Positions 22,662-33,633 of a DNA stretch of 36,828 nt are shown piece by piece (positions within the stretch are counted from its first letter, which is position 1; each line of letters starts with the position of its first letter). The stretch is from Cladosporium halotolerans (Eukaryota): assembly GCF_011745625.1 (NCBI RefSeq), contig NW_027191523.1, forward strand, positions 1 through 36,828. The letters run 5' to 3'. Made by a program: the position numbers and the translations under genes. Below the pieces are notes generated by a model that was given only the letters and a program-made list of their open reading frames with translations, was not told the DNA's origin and ran no database searches.

Positions 22662-23236
22662 ACGACTTCGTGGCATTGCGAGCTGGACTCGCTGACATTG
22701 GTGCATTGAAACAGGTAAATTTTCAAAGCATCTTGTATCATCCTCATGGAATTCACGATGAAGGGCCTCACGCTTCGTTCCTCAACATTGTTCATCATTG
22801 AAGAAAATCCGGTAATCAAAATGGTCAAATTCCAGCAAGAGCGATATATATTTCAAACGCTCTCCCGTCCTAATCTCAGGAAGCTAAAATGATCCTTATA
22901 TCCCATCTAGCTAGCAACAATCAGATCGCGACAGCTCTTCCCTCCAAAACCGGAAGACTGGAAAAAGCAAAACATTGCCGGTAATTTGACATGAGCCTCC
23001 AGGCCCCGAGAACGCCGCGGCTCACTCCCAAGCTACGTTGAAAGAGAGCGCAAAAAGTTCATAAACGCGAAATTGGTTGAGACATCTACAGTTCTCGTTC
23101 CCGCGAAGATTGGAGAGGTGACAGGAAGGTCGGAATAAATGTAGCGTTGCGTGGGTGTGGTCGTATAAATCGTGTCGTGGAAGAATTTCCGAGAGGTGAA
23201 AGGAGTATGCAAAAAAGATAAGCAGATGTAACAAGC

Positions 23237-24570
23237 TCACCGCTGAGCGCGGCCAGCTTCTAGATCGCTAGGCGTCGTGCCGACAACCTCAGGTGAGCCG
23301 TGTGCGCCATCTTGCTGCTGCTGGTTGCCTCGTCGCCCGAGCGCGGGCATTCGGAAGGCTGGCAGCCGGCTGCGCCAGCTGCTAGTCGCATTTTCGGTGT
23401 TTGTTTGTTCTGCCCTAGGAGTGAGAACAAAATCGGCGGCGTCTTGCTCCCGTCGTCGGCGTTCGGCTCGTGAGGGCGCAGGATTGTAGGGCTGGTTCGG
23501 CTCCTGAGAAGCACCCAAGAAAAACCCTCGAGGTCCGACGAAGCGCGAGCGGAAAGGCATGCCGCGGGAGCTGATCCAAGCTGGTTGCGGGTTCTGGGGC
23601 ATGTTTGCGCCTCGGGCACCATTGCGTCGACCTGTAGGGTTATTCTCCTCTCCTTCCGCCCGAGGCTTGGGCACGTAATAGTCTGCTTTGCAAAGCGGGC
23701 AGCAAGCGCGGCGACTCGTGAGCCATGGGTCGACGCACGCTCCGTGGAAGGCGTGGCCGCATGTGAGTCCGCGAACATCATCGTCGTCCTCGAGGGTGTC
23801 GAGGCAGATGGCGCAGCTGTCCCCAGGTGCCGAGAGCATCTCTGGGGGTGCGGCGGTCCTGATAGGATCATCCTCATCTTCATCCTCCGCGACGGAATTG
23901 TTGCGGCCCTTTTCATCCACAGTGGCAGCAGTCTCCGTCCTCTCGATAGTAGTTGACTCCTCGCCATGTTTGTCGCCGTGGGCATGGGCCGCGGTAGCCG
24001 AAGGCTGGTGGTTCCCGGGTTCAGCTGCTACGTGGTCCTGGCGAGCGGTCTCAAGAGTTGTCGGCGCAGAATGCTCCGCGCTCGGTCGCCCGTCTCCGCC
24101 AACAGCCATATCCTTAACGCTTCCAGCGCGACTGCCCGGGGCAGTGACACCTCCTGCGGCTGGCAGACCTTCAGCCTCGCGCGATGACCTCCAGGTCTTG
24201 TATTTTGCCAGCGGAAACCGCTCGTTGACTTCTTCCATGGACATGAGCTTTTTCTCTCGCCTCCTTCTATGCGGCCGTGGCATTGTCGCGAGATCAATGG
24301 GCTCGCCATTCTCGTTCAAGGCGCGCATTTGGCGATTTCGCTGGTTGTATCGGAAGCAGTACTTGACACCTACAATGATCCTGGGGTGGCACGTCAGCGG
24401 TTGCATGGCGAAGGACGAGGCATGCAAGCAGATTCTCACCATAGATTCGTAAATACGACACCAAAGCCGAGAGCGACGAAAAAAAGCAAGGGCGAACTGG
24501 TCGGGCCTGACTTGCCATCGTCTGTGTTTGACGGCGCCGGCGCCGACGAGGTGGAAGTGGGGTCGGCCAT
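23237..24570 (-). CDS. Single-pass membrane RING-H2 E3 ubiquitin ligase (424 aa; exons 24570-24440, 24380-23237)
   Basis: MADPTSTSS...SSPLLFFVALGFGVVFTNLW|IIVGVKYCFRYNQR across a 59-nt intron (GTGAGA...CTGAC...CAG). RING-H2 CAICLDTLEDDDDVRGLTCGHAFHGACVDPWLTSRRACCPLCK. Confidence 0.9.
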
Positions 24571-25912
24571 GGTGAGCGATGTGTACGGGCGCTGGTCGCA
24601 GGCGTCGCAGGACGCTCAATAAAGAGATCCGGGTTCAGGCGAGGCGTGGTGAAGGCTTCGTCGCGGAAGGGCGCAGGTGGTACCAAGGAAGAGTGGTGGC
24701 TCAGACCCGGGCTGCTGACATGGAGGTGCAGACGGATGCGCGACGAGCCGAGGCGAAGGCGAAGACGAAGGCGTCGAGGACGGTAGCGATAGGGTGGCGA
24801 AGATGCACTAGGGGATGCGCAGAGACGGCAGCATGCGAAGGGTATGTGGAAGTGAAGATTGGAAGTCGGTTATCGGACGGTCGATGACGCTTCGGAGGGT
24901 GGCGATCGGGCAGCGGGAACAGGCTGCGATCGCGTGTGAAGTCTGGAGAGCGAGCAGACGAGCGCCGGGGTGGGTTATGGAGCACTCTCGCTTGGGGTAG
25001 CGAAGGGTGGGTGCTGTGTTTCCGCGCGCAGCCCGGCGTTTCCTCAGGCACGCGAAACACAGGGAGGGAGTTTGCGGTGAGACAGACGAGGGAGTGAGAA
25101 GGGCGAGAGCAGCAATGATGAGAGAGCGGCGATGGACGAGGTGCGGTCGGCCGGGGCTCTGCGCAATCGGCGACGGGCGGGAGGCGGGTGGTGGGTGGTG
25201 GGTGGGCGAGTGGTGCCGTGGGTGCGGAGGATGCTGCGGATGCTTGGTGAGAGCAGCCAGCAGTCGAGCCAGTCGAGCCGGCGCCAGCCCTGGGGGCCCG
25301 GCGTGGGCAGCGAATCCACCGCGCCCGCAAAGACGGCGAGTGGAGGGCAGGAGTAGCGCCCCTTGGCGCCATGCACCTCCGCACTCTCGCCTCGACGCAG
25401 CTGCTGCGGCCGCGCGTGCCACCACAGCCCACCATAACACCACCGAGCCACATGATCCCGTGCAATACATACCTCAGGCAGGCTGGCGAGTGTTTCCGTG
25501 GGCCGACACATGCCGTGCTGCGTCTCTCCACCGCGAACCTCAGGAACACCGCACGCTCTCAGACAATCCTCACCACAAACACCACAAACACAAGCGCTGA
25601 CAAAACACGCACCGGCCTCACGCTCGGCGCAACAGCGGCTCAGCTGGCAACTCAGCAGTTCCAGCGTCGCCCGCGCCCCACACCGCGCTCGTTCTTATCC
25701 TTGACCTCGTTCGCATCACCAACCTTATCTGCCTGTACTGTACAGAGGTACATCACCGCATGTATTCTCCGCGAGAGCCCAGACCAGCCCTGCAGGCCAA
25801 TCGCCCGCTCTCCCGCAGCCTTTATCACCATCACAGCCACCGCCGCCTTCCCTGGCTCCGTCTTCGCAAGACATCAGCCGTGCTAGAATGCCGCCTGAAT
25901 TCCATTTGACTG

Positions 25913-25948
25913 TTGCGTCGCGACACTTGCGTCGCGACACTTGCGTCG
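25913..25948. repeat. 14-bp tandem repeat (TTGCGTCGCGACAC x2.6) with internal palindrome GTCGCGAC
   Basis: Read directly: ttgcgtcgcgacac ttgcgtcgcgacac ttgcgtcg. Confidence 0.85.
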
Positions 25949-26358
25949 TAACAGCGGACGCCGTGTCTGCTGCTGTGTCTGCTGTTGAATTGTTGTGCTG
26001 AAACATTTTTCTTGCCGGCTTGGCGACGAGACACCGTTGTCGTCGTGCTGCACTAGGAGTTGTGGCTGCCGTGTCCGTGTGTGGCCAATCACATCAGAAT
26101 CAAGGAAAGCATTTCGACAATTTGATGACCCGGCCTTGTTTGAGCCCAGAGCAATCGAGTCGTCTGGCTTTTTTCTTTTTCTCTGACGCAGACATCTTGT
26201 CAAGACCATTACATACTTCGGGCGCTGTATGTGGTCGTGCTAGGACGCCTCAGGACGCTTATGAAGCCACTTTATTACACACAGACACACGGGTCACGTG
26301 TCCGGTTCTATCATGCCAAATCCATTTATCCAAACCCCCAGTCCCATATGCATCATCT

Positions 26359-27567
26359 CTACCGCTCGCCCTTCTTGCGCGCATCCTCCTCATCGCCCGT
26401 CATGCTGCCATCGCCATCGTCAAATACATCCCGCTCCCGTGCATCTTCGTCGTCGGTGAAGTCATCCAGGTAGCCCGTGTCCCTCGCGTCCGCATCATCA
26501 TCCGCATAAGCCGTGTGCAGCGACATGTCGTCGTCACGCCTCGCAAATCCGCCCGCCGCCTCCGCGTCCGGGTCGTCCATGTAATCAGGCCCAGCGTCAG
26601 CCATCCTCCTCCTCAGCCCATCCTCTCCGCCGGCAGCAGCCTCCTCTTCGGCCTCCAGCTGCTCCGCACGAGCCTTCGTCTTGACGTAGATGAAATATCC
26701 CGTAGCAATGCCTGCCGCCATACCAATCGCTATGCTGAGATAGCTTACCGCTTTCGTCCCGGCATCCATCTTGCTTCCTTCATCCGCCAATTGCCCGATT
26801 TGCCTTCCCACGAACACTCCCAGTAGCAACTTCGGCGTCACCATCGCCGTCGCGAGCGCAAAGCTTCCAACACTCACTGTTGGAATCGTGCTGATCGCTC
26901 CGTTCGAGAGACTGTACGGCAGCGGACACAGCCTGATCATGACCAACAGCTTGAGTCCGTCGTGCTTCAGCACCAGACTCAGCGCCGCAAACCACTTGTT
27001 GCGCTCCGCCAGTCGCTGCACGTACCCCTTCAGCACCGTCCTGCTGACGACGAACGACGCCGTTGAGCCCAGCACCGTCGCCGTCGCCACGATAAACCAT
27101 CCCCACATCCCCCACACGAACCCGGCCACGGTCACGCACGTGCTGTATCCGATCATCGGCGGGAAGGAGACGAAAAACGTCGCCGCCCACAGGACCAGCC
27201 ATCCGCCGGGCGTCGCTCTCCAGCGCGCTGCGGCCGGCGACAGGTACGCGAATATCCGCTCGTTGTAGATCGCGAAGAGGATGAAGGCGACGAAGAGCAC
27301 GATGTTCACGGCGACGAGGCCGGCTTGTTGTAAGGGCGACAGGCGCAGGAAGGCGCGCTGAAGCTTGTTGCTTGTGCGGTTGGCGCTACGCAGCCAGCGT
27401 TGCGTTGCTGTGTGCGGGCGAGACGACTGGTGGGAGTCGGATTGCGAGCGGCGGCGCCAGGCGGGTGAGGAAGAGCTGTGCCGGGGCTGGTGGGAAGACG
27501 GCCATTGTTCATCTTCGTCGTCGATGGGGAGGGCCAGTGAGCGAGCGGCACTGGAGAAGTCGGCCAT
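26359..27567 (-). CDS. TVP38: Tvp38/VTT (SNARE-associated Golgi, DedA-like) membrane protein, about 402 aa
   Basis: FFVSFPPMIGYST, GFVWG, ATVLGSTASF, KLLVMIRLCPLPYSLSNGAISTIPTV and PKLLLGVFVG; acidic C-terminal tail. Confidence 0.9.
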   Translation of the reverse strand: MADFSSAARSLALPIDDEDEQWPSSHQPRHSSSSPAWRRRSQSDSHQSSRPHTATQRWLRSANRTSNKLQRAFLRLSPLQQAGLVAVNIVLFVAFILFAIYNERIFAYLSPAAARWRATPGGWLVLWAATFFVSFPPMIGYSTCVTVAGFVWGMWGWFIVATATVLGSTASFVVSRTVLKGYVQRLAERNKWFAALSLVLKHDGLKLLVMIRLCPLPYSLSNGAISTIPTVSVGSFALATAMVTPKLLLGVFVGRQIGQLADEGSKMDAGTKAVSYLSIAIGMAAGIATGYFIYVKTKARAEQLEAEEEAAAGGEDGLRRRMADAGPDYMDDPDAEAAGGFARRDDDMSLHTAYADDDADARDTGYLDDFTDDEDARERDVFDDGDGSMTGDEEDARKKGER

Positions 27568-28305
27568 GATGGGCGGATGTTCAGGCGCTGGGTGCTGCAC
27601 GCCGCGGGGTGAAGGTGGCCTCGAAAGGCTTGTGAATAGAAGGGAAGGGGTGAGAGGTCTTCGATAGTCGTCAATGTCAATGGCAAGACAAGGTAGATAG
27701 GCCTTGGTAGCTTAGGCGCCAGGAATGAATGACAGCGCGGCGCGGCGCAGCACCGCATGTGAGACGCCGGCGGGTTTTAGGGCTGAGTTGCCGATGGCTT
27801 TGACGTCGGTGAGGGCTCGCGCTCGCCGATCGACTCCGCGGCTTGCGGGCGCTGATGCCTCAGCCCGCACTGAAAGCAAATCCACGTTCTGCTTTCTTTG
27901 GCTGTTGACCAAGTACCTGATAGCGTTGATATCCAGGGGCACAAACGTCAAACGCACAAATAACGCGACGTTGACGAGCCTCCATTGCACTTGCTCATTT
28001 CATTTGACAATCTACTTGAACAAGGCGAAAAACGTGACACTGAGCACAGCATGCGAAACCAAGCTCCGAGACTTCCTTGGAAGGAGAGTGAATCTGCAGA
28101 GCTCTCAAAGAATGAGATCCTGATCGCAGACACATTACATAATACCTTTGTGATGGCCGTAATGCTCAGGGGCAACGCGAAAGAATGTGCCGTTACCGGC
28201 GTAAGCTGCGTCTCTTAACAAGCCCACAACAGTGACCTTTCTGGCATTCTGGTTCGACTGGGAACCCCCACTGTAGTGGATTCCCAATCACCCCGCGACA
28301 CTCAG

Positions 28306-29721
28306 TCAGTCAATCTCGTCTTTTTCGCTCTTCAGCGGAGCATTCTGAGCGTCAAACGCCTGCGTCAGATACCACTTGCAAGATGGATCATTTCCATCGT
28401 TTTACAGCCAGACTTCGACGTTGTCGTCTGGCTCACCGCCGTTGACGTTCATAAAACATCTTGCTGGTAGCGACCGGGGTGATCCTGTGCTTTGATAAGC
28501 CTGTTGCGGCACCTGCTTTCTTTCACGGAGAAGCCTACCAATGTTGACCGCTGCTGTTCCTCAGCGATGATCTGTAGCGGAGAATGTGGGTCGTCACCTC
28601 TATCAAACGAAAGGACATGCAGCAACTCACACTCCAGCGCGTGCGCACGTTCAACGGGCTAGTGGCGTTTCCCACAAGCTGCTTGTTACCCGCAGCGTTC
28701 TGCGGGTAAGTGAGGAAAGTATCATTGTCGTTATTGTTGATGATGTGATACTCGTGCTTTCCCCACCACGCCGATGCCTGCGAAAACGAACGCGATCGAA
28801 TCGCTGTTTTTGGGATCAGAGTTGCTGAAGCGTTCTGTCAGAATTCGATCTGCTCTTTGGGTTCGTGCAACATTACTATGTGACGACTCTGGTACCATTC
28901 TCCTTGCTACCGGCCCAGAGAGCAACAAGGCATTCACGTTCCAAGGCTGACTGGATGCGGTATGCACTGGGGCCCGTCTAGTCAGACATGTTGCAAGTAT
29001 TTGAGGTTTTGGAACGGCTTCACCGTTGAAGTGTGTATCGCGAAGCTTCAGTTCGTGATCTCCAAAAAAGCTGGCAATGAGCGATCGTCTCTCGCGGGTG
29101 AACCCTTTTTTCGTAGCGCGAGCTGGAGCTCATTCTCGAAGCCAGTGCCATCATTGTATCCAATCGTTGAGACGCAGGAAGGATGGTACCCCGCGTAAGC
29201 AATGTCGAATTGTTACGACGAAAAGCTCGCCCTCAGTGACGTCCAATGCTGCGTACGGCTACTTATTGGTCTATCTTTCTCAGTAGATCTGAGAGCTCCT
29301 ACTCGCAAGAATGACTTGATTGAGCACTTTGTCTTCAATGGCTGCGATCGTCCCCGGCCTGGTCGATCTGCCATGATGCGCTGCGCTCGTGACTGAGGTA
29401 TTGATGCCGCAGGAGCGCAGGTCGTTCGTATCATCACCTTCAGGAAAGAATCCAAGATCGTTCACACCAAATCCGATTGTAGTGATGTCGGCGAGTTCCG
29501 CACCGAACGATATGATCTGTTCAGGGAACACATCACCAGATGTACCTTACAGGGAGCCCTGCGGTCAGGTCGTCGTGGCGCCGGTCCCGGAAAGAACGGC
29601 GCGAGAGCGATATGGAGTGGCGACATTATCAGGAATTTCTGTACCAGCCGCAGTTGGCTGAGCAGACAGCAAGGCATGAGCTATCGGCGCATCGCATTCA
29701 CTAAGCAATCGTAAAGCGCAT
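28306..29721 (-). pseudogene. Heavily degraded secreted SGNH/GDSL-hydrolase-like gene with a C-terminal ricin-B-lectin-like region
   Basis: Minus-strand fragments: SGTGATTT, EQIISFGAELADITTIGFGVNDLGF (block III GxND), FDIAYAGY, TLIPKTA, YHIINNNDNDTFL...VRTRWS, a relic intron (GTGAGT...CTACAG), FMNVNGGEPDDNVEVWL and NDGNDPSCKWYL. Many stops and frameshifts. Confidence 0.45.
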
Positions 29722-29900
29722 CTTCGCTGCCTTTCAGGTCGAAAAGATTGGGTCGAAAGAGAGAGTCAATTGAGAGATCCCTCTCTGGTTTTCAGATCCT
29801 GGCTTCCCGGCAATTAGACGTATGCCACACAGAAGTTGTGCCTTATGAATCGGACCTTAGAATTACTTGCTACAAGGCTGCCTCATCCATATCTACAGCC

Positions 29901-31017
29901 CTAGCTGTCCATGGCTTTGGCATTTTCCTCTTCATTTTCCAACAACCATAGGAGCCTCAGATCCATTGTATGGTGGTAGACATAACGCTCCATTAGGCTG
30001 CGTAGGGTCCTCCACGAATCTTTCTTGGGCGCAATGTCGAAAGAATCGAGCAGCTGGTGAAAGGCCTGCAGATGGTGGAAACTCAAGTGTCCCACCATGA
30101 TATAACAAGTGCAAAGGCACCAAAGTAGAACTTCATCGTAAACCGTACCCAATAGATCCAATAGAGGTATGTAGGCTAGATCGGCATACATTGGCTCCAT
30201 CACGTCCATAAAGGCGCTATGCCAAAAGTCTTCGATCGTCAAAGTCATCAGAAGTGTATGATACATACCGGCGGCAACTCGACAGCACGTCGCTACGTAC
30301 GAGCCGACGTGGCCATCCTTGTGTGCCTCAAGAGCCGCAAGACCTTGGGGTCTGATGCCAACGGTGGTAGTACCTAGATGTATGACTGTACTTCTGTTTC
30401 TAGGGTCGCTCATATCAAGATTGACAGTAGGTCCAATCAAGTCCAAGATTCCATCCGGAAGTAGTCTCTGCCTAGCTAAAAACGCAAGGCCCGGTGGTAG
30501 CGATGACGCATGCATCGGTGCGAGATTTGTATCGTGAGGTTGACCAGTATCGGGCGCAGATACCTCATCTGAGCTTACCTGCGCGAACATGCGCCGGAGC
30601 GCTTGTAGATGGATGCCGCATGCTCCAGGGTCGCCATACGCCTATGATCCCTCATCCTTCAAGAGGCTAGTTATGTCGCCTTTCGACTTTACACGATCAA
30701 GTGTAGAGCTAACTTCCTCAGTGGTCCCATAGATGAGCTTGTTGTATATACCTGTCAGCTTGGCGTATCTTGACCTTAGCTCCTCGTTCTCGGCTTTTAA
30801 GGCGGCATATCGCGATAAGTTGGGTGCGACAGAGTACGCACAGGGCGTACCCCTGGCTTGGCATGGGCCGCAAGTGGGCCTTACACTGTCACACTATTTT
30901 GTTGCTTTTAGCAGCTTGAAGCATATCCAAAGAAGACATGTGGGTATAGCGTACTCTCCCTTTCCGCTTCCTACAAGCTTCACAGGCTACGGCCGCAATG
31001 CGCCCACGCTTCGGCAT
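29901..31017 (-). CDS. Zn(II)2Cys6 transcription factor gene: exon 31017-30955, then 30893 onward; in-frame TAG at 30644-30642, followed by a same-frame 246-codon region resembling a fungal TF C-terminal domain
   Basis: MPKRGRIAAVACEACRKRKGR|CDSVRPTCGPCQARGTPCAY (all six Cys, across a 61-nt GTACGC...TAG intron). Coiled coil YAALKAENEELRSRYAKL, then ...LKDEGS*AYGDPGACGIHLQALRRMF, open to 29901. Confidence 0.8.
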
Positions 31018-31779
31018 TTTTGAAATCCAACCGCCAAACGACCTGATACGTCGACGAAGCGCATAATAGTAGCGCTTGGAGGAATTGTAATATCTATTAT
31101 TCGTAGGACTGGTGAGCGAATGCCCTCGTAGCAGACCTGGATACCAGTGGTCTGGTACTCATGCGGGGTCAAAAACGCTTGCCAAGAGATAAGGTAAACT
31201 TCCACGCTTGCGGCGCTCGACAAGCGCTGCACTGTCGTGGCTCCGACGATCACTTGAAGTGGTCACGTGCTTGTCTGGCTTCAACATCGGTCCACTGTAA
31301 CAATAGGATCATAGAAGGTCAAGACACATTGTGCCACATTTCAGCGCGCCATACTTGGACTTTTGAGTCTCCTTTTCCAGTAGAACGCTAGTGTGGGTCC
31401 TGCCAACCGTTTACCTGTGATCTAACCCGTAATTTCCTACCGCGCTGAATTTCTGGACAGAGACGTTCAATCTCGAGCTGGTGGGCGGGACCGTTGGAGG
31501 CCTGCTTCCAAGTCCATTATTGGAGTATTGTCAGAGTGTCCTCCGTAAGACACAGCCGTCAGCAAACCGTTAGCGGCATCGTGACCAAAAACCCAGTTAT
31601 CATCAAGTATGGCACGCGAAAACAACAGCAGTGCGATTCCAAAGTCTAGGCTTCAAGCGGAATAAAAGCGTCCCTGTGTACAAGCATACAAGATAGCATC
31701 TAGATCGAAAGGCTGCATCGTCAGTACCATCCGAGATTGTTAGCTAGCCCGCGAAGCAGCCCATTGTTTCTGTTACCTC

Positions 31780-33260
31780 TCATGTCAGTTCAGAAGTTCC
31801 ATCATTTATGTTTGATATCTGCCTTACCAAGGGCGCGCCCGCTCCACCTAGCAGGTAAGGGAAGGCCTTTCTCTTTTGTATTCTCTTGTTGTAATCGCGT
31901 GCTTCTTCGGAAGTAAGACTCGTCAACCCAGCTCTTGCTTTCATGACCTTGATATCCAGACCAGCCGGAAAGAAAGACTTTTGGTCACCCGCTTCCGGTC
32001 TTCCCGATCCCTGATGAGCGTATGCGTCTCGTGAAAGCCAGGATCCACCCACGTCGAGTGGAAGGAACCAACCCACAATGTTGTGGCCCATGACTTGACA
32101 CCAATTTTCGTACATCCCGCAGTCCCATGGATTTGAAAACAAATCGGACTCCACTATCGCGAAGGTGTGGCCAGGCATGTAAGGTCCCTTCGAAGTCTGC
32201 TGCGCTTCTGGAGTTTGCTGGCCAGGATCCGGATCCGAAGATTGGGATTGGTCTCTATCTCGACTCCTAACGAGTTTCTGGAGCGTGTCGAAATCGCAAT
32301 CATCTAGATCAGGAAAGCTGACAGTGTGGACGTTTTCATCTACGACTAGGGAGTTTGCGACTCGCAGTGCCATGTTCCAAGTGTGACCCGCGGGCTCTGC
32401 GAGGTTCTCTTTTGTAGTGTGATTGGTGAGAGCGTTGACAATCGCGCTGAGGCCTATCCCTCCGGTTAGACCCATAAAGAAGAGTCCGAAGATCAGCATG
32501 GCGATGAGGTTCCCGTTGAGTGGAAGCTGTTGTTTTCGTTGCGCGATGCAAATCGCAGCCAGGATCCAGTCGAAGATGGTGTAAAGGAAGGTGTAAGAGT
32601 TGAACAAGATGAAGTATTTCATCACTTGCTCAGACACAATGCCGCCGACCCAAGGGCAGAAGTGGTCCAGATTCAGCACGCATCTGTCTTTCTCCCGGCA
32701 ATGACGAGACCGATCAGGGCGCCAAATTTTGCAAGTATCACACCAGCTGGGTAGGCCGTCCGGCTGACAGACGAAAATGTCTTTTGATATTATGTCTCCC
32801 AGCCTTGGGCGTGCGAAAGACAACCTCTCCGGCAGAATGCGCTTCTTCGAAGTCTGTTTGGCCTTTTCTTCGTCCTGTGCCTGTATGCGTCCGACGTGCC
32901 CTCGTTCGATGTAGCCTGGGTGTCGAAATATCGCCCAAAGCATGCGAAAAAATGACCAGGTCACCAGAACGAATAAGATCCAGTAGATCACGAGAATGAC
33001 GATCCCACCTCCTACGCGCTTTCCTCCAAGGATATCCACATTGAAGAAGTTCCTGTCTCCAATCCCGATCGCAGGTCAGCAGAGTAGGCAGTTGTGCATG
33101 GCGTCTTATTCTTGGAAGAAGGGCGCACGGCAAAGTGGTGGCGACAAGAAAGGGACTTACGAACTACAACGTGCGTGATCACCCAGCTTGTGTACCCGAT
33201 AATGCCGATAAGTATTGAGGGGACAATCTGAGCAGCAATCTCCATGCTCTCACCGGCCAT
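31780..33260 (-). CDS. PFA5: DHHC-family palmitoyltransferase Pfa5 (DHFC variant); exon 33260-33161, second exon from about 33056
   Basis: IVPSILIGIIGYTSWV first TM; FVCQPDGLPSWCDTCKIWRPDRSRHCREKDRCVLNLDHFCPWVGGIV, NHTTKENL, FAIV..NPWD.G.YENW.QVMG. Donor GTAAGT at 33160; the acceptor is ambiguous. Confidence 0.85.
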
Positions 33261-33633
33261 AGTGGAGCAGAACGAATGCGGTGACTAGACGAGTCTAGCA
33301 CCTTGGATGGACTTGGCTCCTCAGAGCGAGAGAGAAGAGAGGCGCGCATGATTGCAAAGTTTCTTCGTTGAATGATGCGACACATTTGTGCCAAGGTCCT
33401 AGGTCGTCCGCGGATCTTGGTAGTTGTTTGATCCTGCCGGGTGAGATCTTGCGACGGAGTGTTGACAAGCATTTACGTCATACCTTGTGAATTCCGAGGC
33501 GCGAATTCCCTCGGATACTAGGAGTTCGCGCGCGCCCGACTTGCGATTCGCGATTCCCGCTTCGAAAGCCGCGATTACTGTCTCGAAAAATACCATGAGA
33601 ATATGAAGAGTGGAAAGAAATTTGTTGAACTAT

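Noticed and set aside
24701..25886. 170-282 aa ORFs upstream of the RING gene
   Set aside because: Low-complexity GC-driven frames on both strands, with no domains.
32655..32670. DHFC instead of DHHC as a sign of inactivation
   Set aside because: To my knowledge DHFC is usual in filamentous-fungal Pfa5 proteins, and the catalytic Cys is retained.
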